Source of the DNA: Aplysia californica
Lineage: Eukaryota
Direction: 5' to 3'
Length of the DNA: 64,000 bases
NCBI RefSeq assembly: GCF_000002075.1
Contig: NW_004797476.1
Location: forward strand, 123,327-187,326
Shown here: piece by piece, positions 1 through 27,744 of the stretch
How the letters are laid out: each line of letters starts with the position of its first letter
Numbering within the stretch: position 1 is the first letter of the stretch
Program-made: the position numbers and the translations under genes
The notes under the pieces: generated by a model
Databases searched by the model: none
Told to the model about the DNA's origin: nothing
Seen by the model: only the letters and a program-made list of their open reading frames with translations

Positions 1-643
1 CCCATACAATTTATGAATTTATGCGGCCTTCCTAAACACTGAAATTTTATATTTTTACAAATGTTCCACAAAGTAATCTAGTTCTTGGGAGCAGGGGCAA
101 TGCGGGATATTACTTGAATTATCAGGGGGAAGAATCCACAGTGACTCATGGTCGGCCGCAATCAGTAAAATGATCTCCCCATAATTTGAAATGAACCGAA
201 GTGACCACTTGGTGGAGTATGAGGCATACCCATTCATTTTCAATTTTATTCAGTTCGTGAGTCTCAAGATGGAAGTCAATCCCGTTGTACCTCAAATAAC
301 CACAACGTGTCCATAATTTGATCTCCATAATTGGCATGATTTTAGTCGTCAGAAGCTGTTCAACTGTTTCAAGTCCACAAAGCAAAGATATATGTTGTCT
401 TACAGTACAGGAGGTGTTTTGTCTTCTTTTAGTTTTTAACTGAAAAAAGAGATTTAACCAGGGCTATTTGTGCAACTGATGTCCACTTTTTTTCTCTCTT
501 TTCATTTTTGTTTAGAAAGTACCTGTTCCTAGTTAGTGTTCTTCCAAATTTTTCTGGTTTGATGCTGGAGTGTGGTGCAAAGGTGTGAGCTGTGGGATGT
601 GGTCAGGCCCCCAACGGGTCCCCACCTCATAAGACAGGTCAAC

Positions 644-14383
<13,740 letters not shown>

Positions 14384-17300
14384 TGACGGCTGGAGTGTTA
14401 GGAGAGTGAATGTTATGTGTAAACGAGGCTTATGTAGATATATAAAAATATAAATATATATTGCTTAGTATGGCGCTGGTGGCTGACACTTTAGGAGAGT
14501 GAGAGTTTGAGTAAAGGAGGCATCATATTTATACATATATATATCATATATATTTTTATATGATGCCTTATTGTTACGGTGATGGCTGAAACGATAGATT
14601 GAGTGCGTGTGCAGATAATTTCGATGATGGAGGTTGTGATAAATTTCACTGTCTGATTCTTATTTGGTGAGGGATAAATGGCAAAGACATCCCAGAAGAT
14701 TTCAAGATGAAGTTTCAACCCCTTGTGCAATGAGTTTGCGGCACAAGAAATTCAGAAAAGGAATCACTGTGCGTGCCACCCCAACATGGATACAGCTCAG
14801 TCCATTTGTATTGGCTTTTCTGTGTTGTGTGGGAGGATTAAGAGAAACTGTTGGTCACACACTTTCAAAGGCTTTCTATACGGCTTGCTGTAGAAAAAAG
14901 ATTCTACGAATGTCTGGTACACTTTTATCGTATGTGGACGAAGACAAGCAAAGACTGAATCATCATACTCATGTAGGATGTGTTTGTTCATTTTTCTTTT
15001 GCTGACTTGCCAACCAGGATGCTGCTGTGTATCTTATTAGTTAAAAATAAAAAACCAATGAAAATGTACCGATGTAGGAAGAGCATTCGTTATGCATTTT
15101 ATGTTTGGGTCAAATCCCCCTATCCCTTATCTCGTCCTGAACTGCGTCTTTGGTGTAGCGTTTGACTCCTCACCATTGCGTATAGAAAACGTAAGTTCAG
15201 TTTTTATGTAGAAAAGGTTTTTTAAAAAGTACTTCCATTTATCTGTTACCACATTGTATTCCTCTCGGCCCAGGTCGAAACTTGATAGGCAGGGCTGAAG
15301 CAGCCAGTCTGGTAAATAATCTAAATTGTGTGGATAAAGGCGTGAAACATCTTCAATTCTATGGAACTAAATGAAACATTGAAAATTTTATTTCTGAAAT
15401 AGGCATCTGGTTGGCAAGCATAATCTTTTCCCCACTGCCTTACATGTATTGAGAAGGGATGGGATTACACAACACAGTCCAATGATTCAGATTGTTGGCT
15501 TCACTACTGTTTGTTTTGTAAGTTCGTTGGGAACTGGGATCTCTTAGAAAATTACTAACTTGGTATGGTGTGTCTTGAACTCTATAAGCTCCAGTCTTTC
15601 TTAATGAGTGTGTCTGTAGTTATGTGTACAACTGAGGAATGAAGTAATATAAGTCTGATGGATGAAAAAAGACGAGGTGGCATTTGCTTCACTGCTGGAA
15701 GAAAAAACAAATCTCGTGTTTGATAATATCTTCATTGGCTGGTACCTCTGGCTCCCTATATATTTCCTGCAGAAACTCTGGTCAAGAGATCTCTTGATGT
15801 TTATATGTCTCTCGTTATGATTTTGTATTACTTTTTAGCTATTGTGTGCTTCAATTTTAGTATGAGTTATATGTCCTAGAATGGGGGTAGTGAGAAACAG
15901 ATGGTTTGAGGGTGCCATTGGGAGGTCCTGCTTGTTTACTCTCTCCGTTTGTTCTGTCTTTTTGCTAGGTCTATTTGCTTCTTTCCTGTGTAGGAAAGAG
16001 TGGTGTAAAAATGTCAGTGACAATTCCTGTTGATGTCATAACCCTTATCTTTTTTTTTCTTTACCCCCAGCACCTGGTAACTTTTTGTGTGTGTTTATTT
16101 GATGTCTTCTAGAAAACCAAAAGAATAGAAAATACATTGCCTGTGCTTCTTTTCTGGTCCCTTTTGGGGGGAGGGGAGACAAGGATTCATGAGCTTAATT
16201 GAAATAACAAAATCGAGTCACAAAGTTTTAAAATCAATTTCTATTTACAGGAGCTAGATAGCGTGTTAAGGTAAAGATCTGCTTTGACTATTCTGAGCAA
16301 GGGAAGTTTCCTACTGAGCAAAATTATCAAAGCTTAAGGACTACTAGACTGCTTTTGTGTGTTTTTAATTAAAAGTGTAATATTCCTCTGAGAGAATAGA
16401 AATTTTCCTTGTATTTCTGCGACTTCGACTTCGTTTGTTGCTATGATGATTCCTCCTCGTAGTGTTCTATCCTAGTGCTTTGTATAGCCTCTAGAGTGTG
16501 CGTTTGGTTGGCAGAAGACTTCAGACAGGAAACAATGCTTATTTGCTTTTGTTTTCAGCAGTGAAATAATAAAAGTGTAACCCTGTGTGTATAGCAAGAG
16601 TTGAGATGTGTAATGTGTTGTAAGAGGCATGATGGAGAGAGGCAAAGGTAGGCAAGAGCAACATATCTTTATTGCCGTAAGTTTTTGTTGCACTGGACAC
16701 GGTCATGGTAGGGCATTATTTCTGAGAATGAATGGATATAGGATTGAGTACAGAGCCATGATTATGATTGTCAATGTCTGTTCCAGAACCAGTGCTTGAG
16801 AGAGAGCGAGAGAGTAAATGGTAGTGACTGGAAAGGTAGGTAGTAGCATTTTCAAATGAGGGTTTTAAGCAGCAGATGGTACGAGGGTAGTATTTTACTT
16901 TTGTGAAGACTCATTTCGTTGTGGGTCAACTTGTTGCATTGTTGCTGTACAGAGATGGGAAAATTATTTTATTTTTTCTTTGTTTGTTTTTTTCTTTGAT
17001 ACCTTGATTGCTCACTATTGATTGATTGATTGATTGTTTGATGGATTGAACACCTTATATTGCCACTTCAAGTATGCATGTGATGAATTATTAAATCATA
17101 TGTATTGCTTTATGTGTAGGTGTATGGATGTGTGTTTTACAGTATTGTATATGTCATTTGATTTAGGTTGTTTTTTTGTTTTTTTTTAAATCTCAGAATT
17201 GTATAATTGTGACTTAAATGGTTTCCTGTAAACTTACTTTGTGTTTCCTTCTGTTGATCGATTGGCTTATAGTCTTGACCGTGTTTTCAATTGAAGTTGG

Positions 17301-17960
17301 CAGCTGAGCTTCCTAAATTGTTAATAAGGAGTGTCTGCGAAAGTTACACATATGCAGTATAGTGAACTCTTCCTTAATGGAGTGATGTGGTGGTGGGTAC
17401 TATGAGGATGTCCATAATGGTCTTATTTTTCTTCTGTCCATTTGTTATTACTTTTTTCTTCTCTATTCTCGGTTACCATTATTATATTGAACAGTGGCCT
17501 TCAGCTAATAGCATGCACTTTAAGGGAATATCAAAGGGGAGTGATTTAGAGGAAGTGTTCTGTGGATCACCTCACATCTGATCTACTGCAGTGGGTTGTG
17601 TCACTGAAGCTGAGCTTGCCCCGAGGTGTGAAGTTTTCCTACGCCGAATGATCACAGGAAACGGCCATCATAATTATGGCACACCCTCTCACACTGCGTA
17701 CCACACGTGACTGGTCGCTGGTTTTCCTCATCATACAATATTGTGTCGCGTCTTGTCCCTATGTGTCTTTTTCCACCTGGCAAAGCCGCAATTTCAAGTC
17801 ATAAAGGAGGGCATGTGGGGTTTGCTACGCTTTCAACAGTTCCAAGCCAAAGGAGTCATTTTATGGCTGATCTGTTTCTGACGCAAGCTCAGGGATGGTC
17901 GTACTGTCTATTGTAGTTACTTTGTTAATTTGGAACTTGCATTCACTAGTGATAGTTATA

Positions 17961-18761
17961 CAGTCCATGCCGGCTTTAAGCATGGTCATCGGGAGAAAGC
18001 TTAAGTGTGCTTAAAGCCGAAGCGTGCTTAAGTGCGAAGTAGACATAATCCAGAGATCTTCATGTAGAAAATTCCCCATGTTATTTCCCTTAGTTTGTTA
18101 GTAGGCCTATAGCGGTCCCGCAAAAGTGTGCACTGTTATTTAGACACCCGCCATGGTAGTTTTTGTTCGCTTGTTTGTTTTTGTTTTGTGGTCGAATGGG
18201 AAATGAAAATTTAATTTTGACAGCCAGTCATGATACAGCACACTAGGCCTACTGTAACACACTGCCTGTGCGTACCACTGCCCACTGTGCCACTCATACC
18301 ACCGCCTTCATCCCACCTCGCGCGTGATACACAATCGGGATTAATGGGTAGCGAGGGTCAAAGGTGAAATCGCAGCCAGCCTCCCTTTCTCATCTCTCTG
18401 ACTCTCTTTCTTTTTTGGATCGTGTGTAGCTTTGCCCTAGGCCTAGGCTAGATCCTATGTCCGCGCGAACGGCTGTGTGCATCTCTCTGCCTTCCTCTCC
18501 GCCCATGTGAGTGTGTGTGTCCATCACTTGTGTTCTTTGTGTTTCTCTTGACACACTCCACTGCTGCGGTGTAGACTGTGTTCAAACTTCGATGGGTCAT
18601 CCTGAAAATATTGACTGCCTTGTAAATGAAGCGTGCTTGAAGCCGAAGTTACCGTGCTTATAGGCGTGTAATTTATATAGCAAAAATTCGGTAAGAGCCG
18701 TTTAGCGTGCTTGAGTCCGAAACGTGCTTAAGGCCAGCGTGCTTATAGCCGGCACGGACTG
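17961..18761. mobile_element. Tc1/mariner (pogo/Tigger-like) MITE
   Basis: TIR CAGTCCATGCCGGCTTTAAGCA / TGCTTATAGCCGGCACGGACTG, TA on both sides, subterminal CGTGCTT repeats. Confidence 0.85.
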
Positions 18762-20117
18762 TATAGGAAAAATTCGGTTCTGCTTTACCTGTGTGCATGA
18801 ACACTTTGCAGTCACTTGGCGCAATAATGCGATGGTGAAAATAATAAGTTCCTGTCACGTGGTGCAATTCTGCACCAATTGTGCCAGACCTGAGAAGTCC
18901 GTTGCAGTCACTCTCCTGGCTGGGTGACCAGATGGGGGTATTTTGCACTGCTGGCTGTGTGATTGCAAAAATGTTAAGGCAAATTGTGCTTTTATCGGGC
19001 ATTCTGTTAGCGGGAAGCCACTGTGTTTGTTTTAATGACATCTCAGCCAAATTACATTGTGATTTGATTACCAAACTGAAAAGTGTCATATACTTTTGAC
19101 ACTGATTGTGCTTTCTAGATGGGATTCTTGTCTTACTCGTCTCTGATACTGATAGCTAGATGGCTTTTGATCACAGCTAGCTATGTGATAATGGTGATCA
19201 CTAAATGCTTGCAAAGCCCTAGAGGTATCTTATCCTTTTCGAGATTAAGATGGTATCGTGGTAAATGAAACTGGCAGGGCTTAAGAGTTATTGTGAAATA
19301 GTATGAACTTCAATCTGAAGGGGTTCAGGACTATACTGCGACTTTGATGTTGTCTTTTTTGTGCCAAGGTTTTCTTTGCATTTGTGAGAAGAAGAGCCAT
19401 GGAATCTAATTTTGTGCCATGATTACTTGAATTATATTGCTGTGTCTCATGTTTGGAGCTTCAGGGCAAAGGTGACCAAGATGAAATGTCATGAGACGGA
19501 TTATTTCAGATGATTTTTGTCTTATGGGACGACGAGGGTCAACTTGTGTCCCCAAAGGGATGTGCAATGGCGTAATTCTTACCACTGTTTTTTTCTGGAG
19601 TGCTCTGTTTTTGTGTGTTTTGCGAAAATTAAAAGTCAACTGTGAGTTCCAGTTTGAATTGTCTTAGACAGGTGGATGTTTCGATGTTTTTGACAGTGTC
19701 ATTATAATACAGAAATTGCAAGAGGCGAAGAAGGAAGTGAATATTTTTACAAGTGATTGTCTTAGACAGGTGGCTGTTGGAGGTTTAATCGTGTATCATA
19801 AGAGGAAATGGGCTGGGTATTTGAGAACTAATTCAAGGTCTGCTTCCTTGAATGCGTGCATGTAATTAATCCTGTAAAACTTTTGCGGGGGGTGCCCACA
19901 CCTGCCTACATCAAAATTACCACATCTTGTGGAATCGAAGCTTATCTGAAGAAAATTTTTTTGTTTTTCAATATTCTTTTATGCTGCAATGAATAAATGT
20001 ACATGCATGAGAGCACTTACCCCCTTACACAGTCACACCAACCCCCCGCCCCCCACACACACACACACTCACAAATTGCGCAACTCCCATGCGTATGCAC
20101 ACATATAAATGGAAATA

Positions 20118-21130
20118 CAGTAATTTCCTCATAAGATCCCATCGCTTATGATGCCGGTTTGCCTTAAATCCTGCTGTTTTTGAAAAACAGAATTTTTACT
20201 GTATAATGTAAAAGTCACCCCTAAGATCCCGCACTGCAGGAGCCACATTCGGCTAAGATCCCACTTTTCAGGTCATAATTTAGTTATTTTTTTCTTTATT
20301 TAAGGGAAAAAAGGAAGAAACCTTGGCACGCTCCGCTGATCAACCAAGCAGCGAAAATGTGCGATCATTGTACGGTTCGTCGCGTCACGGATCATTCACT
20401 CCCATGAATGCGATCACACCTCTGTTGTAAATCTCAATAAGCGGTTACAATGTTTCCCCCAGACGGGATCGCATTAAGGTGTGAACTCATTCGATGCTTT
20501 GCTTTCTCCAAACACCTAAGCAGTTCGCCTGATCTTACATCACACACTAGGTGGGGAGGGCCTTCAAGCAAGCGTCAGACTGCATTCTACCAAACTGTGA
20601 ACTCGTGGACGCTTACTACGTTTTCTCGACCATTGCTCTCCTCTTTCAGTTTTGCGCTCTAACTTCCTAGACAGACTGGCGCCCATACTTGTGGACTGTC
20701 CGATCGCCTTTGCGTAATGTGGTCATCTGTTAGCAGTGAACCTGCCTTTCATTTTTTAAAAATTTGGTCTGTTTGGTCACAACACAACGATTTATGATGT
20801 GTCATGACAAGGGCGGGGAACTCCTTTAGACATGGAAAGCGATACATTTTTGATGGGGGGTATTGCTTGAAGCCAACTGGTTCCCTGACACAGTATTTTT
20901 TAACCCCCCCCCCCCCTCCTTGAACAAAAAAAAGGAAAAACTGACTTCTGAAAAGAAATTTTAGTGCCCAGGAGTCACGTCACCTCATTTTAAAGTAAGG
21001 GAAGATCATTGTACAGATTTTGGGCCTGGCCGTGAGTTACTGTGGACTCTTCACCCTGGCCATTCGGCTAAGATCCCGCCCGCATTTTCCTTGCTCCTGA
21101 GCACTGGGATCTTAGGTGTGGAGACTACTG
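20118..21130. mobile_element. Tc1/mariner-type MITE
   Basis: TIR CAGTAATTTCCTCATAAGATCCCA / TGGGATCTTAGGTGTGGAGACTACTG, TA flanks, internal CATTCGGCTAAGATCCC repeats. Confidence 0.75.
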
Positions 21131-21689
21131 TACATAAATAAATGCTTACCATGTATGCATGGATTAACCGATTCAGAATGAGTTAATAGGTAATAGAAAA
21201 AGTGAGAAGAATGCTTTTTCCCTTTGTTGCACACTTTGGCCCTCGCTGTTGCACCAAACATTTGGTTCAACCTTCTCATGACTGACAGTCTGTGGTGTTT
21301 TGCATCTGTTTACTCGACTCACGTACACCCCTTGTGATATTACATTACACATCTGCTTTTATCATTGTATTAATGTATGTCAATATTTAAAGCATTAGTG
21401 AATTGACATTTAAACTATAAATGATTGTGAGTGTCTGTCTGTGTGTGTGTGTGTGCGCGCACATACGTGTAAAGTGAATGTTCTCTCAAGCTGTTGGAGT
21501 ATCATTTCTTTTTCTTAGCAGTCTATGTTTTGACAGTTAATTCTTAGTTACTGGCTACTCTCTGTGCGCCGTAGTACATTTTTTCTTTAGGGGAGGGGCC
21601 CTTTTGATGTGCAGGTTTTTTAAACTTCCCACCCATCAGTCTTTGGGTCAATTTGTTCACCACAGGACATGGGTATGAGGTGAATGAAA

Positions 21690-21825
21690 TTTATGTTTAG
21701 ACAAACTGTTTCTTTTTTACCCAACCTGTCAGTCGTTAGGCCAATTTGGTTTGGATTTTTATGTTTAGACAAACTGTTTCTTTTTTACCCAACCTGTCAG
21801 TCGTTAGGCCAATTTGGTTTGGATT
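21690..21825. repeat. Exact 68-bp tandem duplication
   Basis: TTTATGTTTAGACAAACTG...GGCCAATTTGGTTTGGATT occurs twice. Confidence 0.9.
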
Positions 21826-22593
21826 GGCAATGGCTGGTGTAATTCTAAATTGAAGTGGCACTTCCATATTACAGGTGGACATTGTTAAAATAAAACCCCC
21901 AAAATACAAGATAAGAGTAAAGAAAAGTGATACCGTACAGAAAGTGATATAAATGAGCTAACACAGAAATACAGTTGCTCAAATGAAAAGATGGAATAAA
22001 AAAAAAAGCCTGATAAATCTACAAGGGTGTCTGACACATGTGAATGCAATACATTGTACAATGTGTTTTTTGTTGGAGGAACGCGTACTATGTGAATAAA
22101 ACATAAATATGCAGTTCAGCTTCAAATTAAATTCTTTGTGTGAATCTGACTAATTTTTATGCTCTGATTATGAAAAGCTATTATTTTTTTAGGCTGAGAC
22201 CAATTTTAAATGAGTCTCATTCCTTTACAACGACTTAGATGTCAATTTAGTTTTTGGCAATTCGACGGAACACAGGTCTTTTTTATCAGGAGTTCATACA
22301 TTAGATGAAGAACTATCACAAAAGATTCACTTATTTTGATTTTACTACCAATTTTTGTCAATTTTACATTTCTTATCAAAAGAGGGCCCCAGCATAATGG
22401 GTTTACCCCCTTCGGAGGTAAAGAGTGAAAAAAATAAATTTTGAATTAAATTTTTAAGTTGCAAGTAGAAAAAACTTTAAAAATAACTGTGCCGCGCCCA
22501 AAGGGCCACTTCGGCTTGCTGACAAAATATCATAGTGTCACAATATATCTACCTGATGACCCCAAGGTGGGCTTTTGTGAGGCCTTTTATTTA

Positions 22594-22693
22594 NNNNNNN
22601 NNNNNNNNNNNNNNNNNNNNNNNNNNNNNNNNNNNNNNNNNNNNNNNNNNNNNNNNNNNNNNNNNNNNNNNNNNNNNNNNNNNNNNNNNNNNN
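22594..22693. other. Assembly gap (100 N); other gaps at 36769-37015, 38430-38582, 43096-43195
   Basis: N runs, at least one bordered by a simple repeat. Confidence 0.99.
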
Positions 22694-25600
22694 CCCCCCC
22701 CCCAAAGTCTACCTGACTGGTCTGAGGCGGATGGAGGACTGACGGGTATTGGGTATAAAAGATTGTTATGTCTAAAGGGGCCCTAACCATCCCATGTCAA
22801 GAAATTTTTTCTTCCATGACAAGAGTTTTATTTCCAAAGAAATATTTTATTCTCCATCAGACACTGCATTTAAAGCAGTGGCTCTCATGTGACCAAATTG
22901 TGTAAATAGCACTGTTAAACAAGTACTTTTATTAACTGGCATTTATAGCACAAAGTACTGCTGGTACAATATGATACTAATAATTCTATGATGATTATGT
23001 AACCAAATGCCGCATATATCAGGTCAGTTCCAAACATCTGACAATCTCAGGTGCCCGATGCTATATGTTTCTTTTACATGTACAAGCTCATGGTTGTAAG
23101 ACACTGCTGGTAAGTCTTTGTTTCTTTTCTCTCCATCTGCAGTTTTTATGGGTCTGTCCTGCTTTTTCCCAGCTCTAGATAAAGATAACTGGTCTGGTTT
23201 GGAGGTATGCATTTTCTAGCTGTGTTTCTCATTGTATGTGCTGGGGAGGTTAGTTAATCATGTATCTCTGTCTGCTTGTTAGGACGCTGTATCTCATTTC
23301 CCTCAGGGCCAGAGCAGCCCACCTCTTAAATGATCTTAATTGCACTGGTGGTGATGTAAAACGTTTGCCATCATTGTTGCCCTTTGATTGAAGTATATGC
23401 ATCCCATAGTTGTAGTAGACTCAGAGGGACTCTTGTGGAGTTTCTTTGCCTTTTTCTTTAAAAAAAGATATTCTCTTGCCTCCTCCCCGTTGTATGTTCT
23501 GGTATTCTCTTTTTTCTGTTAAATATGAAGTTCTGTTTTGGTATTTTTTTATGTTCTGTATTTCCTTTTTTATATGTCTGTATTTTTTGCAATTTAAGTT
23601 CTGTATTACCTTTTGTATGTTGTGTCATATGCTTTTCATTCTCTTCTATTTAAGTTGTGTGCTGTGTACTCTCTTACCTAAGAAATATGCTGCTTTATGT
23701 AATAGCTTTTGTTTTTGTAGCAGATACATTTACTCTTTCTTAATCAGATCAGTTGCTGTTCTTTTGTCTACTAATAATTATAAGTGAGAATATGTGGTAC
23801 TAAAGAGGATTTGATTTTTTCAATGACTAATGCTGTGATAGATGATGCATAGATGCAAGCATTCACACAGACGCACACACCTACAAACATGCTCACACGC
23901 ACCTGTCCATCCACTCACACACACACAGGCACATGCACATAAACCCTCACGCACACAGACTCACACATGCTCACACACACACATGTTCTGTCCGTCTATC
24001 AAATTTGTCTGTCTATCTACTCTATCTAACCTACCTATCTAGTCCATCTATCTACCTATTTATCTATTATATAATAGTGTTTTGTTGAAAGAGCAATGTT
24101 ATTTTTGCTCAGGTAGCTGTAGGCAAAGTGAATTCAATGAGAAAGGTAAGGCAGCTCAGAAATGTTTTTGAGTTTTTATTTATACTAGTGAGTGTATAAA
24201 TGGGTTTTGTGTGTGTGTTGTTATAAGTATGTGTGTGTATGTGAGTGTGTGTGTGTGAGTACTTGGTCCTTGTCAGTTTATTGGTGCTACTACAATGAAT
24301 GTCTTTAGTTTCTTAAGTGAAAAGATGACCATTTCTTTGTCAGTGCTAGCCCTGTAACTTTTGTCCCTCACTAAGAAGTTCACTGGTATCTGTAGTTGGG
24401 GGCAAGGCTCTTTGCCATCGCACACACATGACATGATGTCGATTCCTGCTTCTTTTGTTAATTTTTTCTTCTTTGTTAGGTGGGTGTTGAGGATGGAGGT
24501 CTGTCCACTTAAATAGATTTACGGTCCTGAAATAGGTGTAAAACCTCTAGACATCAGGCATGTGTAAGCATACCATGTCCAAGTTGCTGGTCGTTGTTCC
24601 AAATATTTCATTTCGGGCCAGAGCTGTAGAAAAGTGGGTGAAGTCGATTGAAGTCCCCAAACTCTGAAAAGTGAGACTAAAACTGACACACTGACACTAT
24701 TTATTGATGGTGCTCAAGGGTATTTCATGAGAAACTGACACTATAGCAATTTATGGCATTCAAGGGCATTTCATGAGATGATAAGATATTGGACCAGTTG
24801 CTCCCAACTGGCTGTTAATTTTTATTTTCAAGAGGGAGTTTTGTTTGCATAAGTCAACCGGGGCCACAGTCATTGTTCATTAATTCGTGGGTTGACCCGT
24901 GGGCTGGACTGAAATTGTTAGTGGGCCATGATTTGCCCATGCTTGACTGATACCATACTGATGAGTTTCTGGGGAAATGCGGCCGTTATTTTACTGATTC
25001 ACCTTTGTACAACGTGGTCACAACTCATCTTAACTCTTATTTTACTTCATCTTTTCTTTGTGAGTTCAGGTTTTCTTAACTCTTTTTTTCTCTAGTGTGT
25101 TGCTTTCTTTTAAGTTGATGTGGCCAAGACCTGAGATTAAAAGATGATGTCTCAATAACTTGAGTTTTCAGTCATAAGAAAAATTGAAGTTTTTAGTGTG
25201 TGTTTGGTGGGCTCTTTGGTGTGGTTTGTTCCTTCTTTCTTATCAAACGTCTATCATCCTTTCCTCTCTTCTTTTTATGCGCTACTGTCTAGTTACACCT
25301 GTAGCATATGTAGCACCTACATAACTATGACCAACGATGGTGTCCTGGTTAAGTTCTGCACTGTTGCAGGGAGTTATTAAATGGAGCATTTCTCTCTGTC
25401 TGCTGGGATGCTGCATCCGACTCTGCCTAAGTTGGTTCTTGCTTGCAGGGTATATTAAATGAAGCTTTCCTTATAAATCATTTAAATTGTGTGAATGGCA
25501 GTGTACATTTTTTTCTAAAAGTACTGTCCTTTGCCTCTAAACTGGAGACTTGCATGGCTGTGAGTTGAATTTTAATGTTTCTGTTTTCACTTGTTTTATT

Positions 25601-25972
25601 AATTTCATGTTTTGCATTTTCACAAAGTTTTTGATTGTGTTAGAGAGTTTGTTGGAGTTTGTGTAGCCAATTAATGCTTCAGACTTTACTTTTGAATGAG
25701 AGGCCTGCTACTTTTGCTCTATGTCTACTGGCAGAATTTTGGCTTTTATGTGCTGTGAAATTACTGACGTCCTGCAAGTGAGGGCCTGAGCCCTTAGTTC
25801 CGGACAAGCAAGTACCTTTCTTCTTTTTCCACAGAAAGTGTAAATTCTGACCCTTTACCTTTCCTATGTGTAGTTTGATAGATATCTTTCTCATTGGCCA
25901 TAGCAGTTCACTTAATGTTCTCCTCTGCAGATGCTTTGGTCATCCTTTGACATTAATAATTCGATGTATGGA

Positions 25973-26050
25973 CTATCATCATCATCATTATTATTATTTT
26001 TATTGTTATTATTATTACCATTATTATTACTATTATTGTTATTATTGTTA
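25973..26050. repeat. (CAT)n/(TAT)n microsatellite
   Basis: Directly visible. Similar simple repeats: 27980-28043 (TCTG/CT), 34970-35013 (CA), 46030-46195 (TAT), 46847-46873 (poly-G), 55278-55340 (GGAA). Confidence 0.9.
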
Positions 26051-27744
26051 AAAGTATATATTGTTATTAGTGTATTAGGTAGGCTCTTTGTCTTTGCCTG
26101 TAGAAGAAATGAGTTGACATTTACTGAGAGTCTCTTGTCTTGTGTGCTGGGATGCTGAACTGATATGTTAAATGTAAAGCAGCTTGCTTCCTACATTGTC
26201 TAAAATTGTCAAAAAAACATTCATTTAACATTTGTGAGAAGTATGCTCATTTCTCACAATGTGCATAGTTTACTGTCAGCAGCGAGACTCCAACTTTATT
26301 TTGGCCCACAAGTATTTCAGAACTTCATTTTCAGTCGCTTCACTATGCTAGAATTACAAAGTTTTCTATATGCATAGTACCTAGTTTTGAGAGATGTGAT
26401 GGTAAACATGTTGAGTCTCACAGTATATCAAGCTTTTTCGAATGCAGCTCTGAATATTTTGATAACAACACCAAATAATCTTATGATTTTTTATACATCA
26501 GATAGAACATTTGGTCTCTGACCTCAGGGTCATAGTAACTCAAAATGGTCAAAAATGTCAGATAAAAGCTTGTAATTCTAAGGTAGCATTATGTCTCACT
26601 TTGACGGGGATGTGAATTCTCTGATTATCTCTCAACTTTTTTCTGTTGGAATGGTGTGCTTGAAGACAGTGAAGTCAAAGGGTTTGAATTTAAACTTGGT
26701 TCAGTTCTGAAGAAGCTGTCACTTGTTTGTATTTTTACCATGGCGTGAGGTTCTCGGCAATGACAAGCTTTTTTGAGTTAACTTAAAAAAATCAAACTGG
26801 GACCTCATTTCTAGTTTTAAATTTTTAAATTGTAAAAAGTAAAAAAAAACATAAATGAAAGATAACTGCAATTGTTTCCTAAGGTATTTAGGAGATCAGT
26901 AGCAAACTCCACTGTGCATATGATATAAATAATTTGCCTATGTAGTCATTTTAAGTCACAAACCCCTTTGCTGGAATTTGGAATTTAATAAAAGTATTTG
27001 GGTTGTGATGTGCAACATTGATTTGGTGTTGCAAAATTTGTTTTATGTTTTGGAAGGATTTTAAATTTTGATTGAATCTGAACATTGACATGATGATGAG
27101 TTGTGTGTTAGTCTGGACATGCTACATTGTCTTGACTTCTGAGGGTCCAATATGAAAAGGGAAAAAAACATTGATGTATATTCAATTTAAATTATTTTTT
27201 TCTGTTATCCCAGAAATTTGAACTTAGAACTTATGGGATGTGCACACAGTGCTGTTTCTGAAAGAAGATGGAAGTTGAGCATTCTATGCTGTGACATCAT
27301 TTAGTGTGAAATTCCCATTGAAAGTAGTGAGTGTGGTAAAGTGGAATGGTATTTCGATGTTAAGTGAAGTCAATGGGCTAGTTCAAACTTGTTGACCATG
27401 AATAAATGTCCTTGTGCTCACACTCATTCCATGTCCAATACTTGGCCAATGTTGTGTAGTGTGTAGGCTGGAGATGCATGATTATGATGTCTTATGTGGG
27501 TCTTGTGACATAATGAATTTGATAATGTTATAACATTTCTTGTGGGGGTGTTTCTGATGTGGCATGGATTGTTGTTTTATTTTTGTTTTGTTATGGAGGG
27601 AAAATTGTATTGAAGATGATAATAATAAATAATAACTTGATATTCTGCTAACCCTGAGTTAAAAATTTTTTTTATTCATTTATCCCACCCCTCTCTTTTT
27701 TCTTTTCTTCTCTTTGTCTGTCTGTCTCTCTCTGTCTAGTGGAG

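Noticed and set aside
55-385. Two overlapping minus-strand ORFs at the window start
   Set aside because: No recognisable domain or convincing splice structure; may be a TE remnant but cannot be supported
24958-24985. CTGATGAG...GAAA resembling a hammerhead ribozyme core
   Set aside because: Stem II does not close (no C before GAAA) and stems I/III are absent; the other CTGATGA hits also fail
27640-27660. Telomerase RNA (vertebrate TERC neighbours LRRC34); CTAACCCTGA seen here
   Set aside because: I found no full CTAACCCTAA template on either strand, and the context is AT-rich with no pseudoknot or CR4/5-like structure
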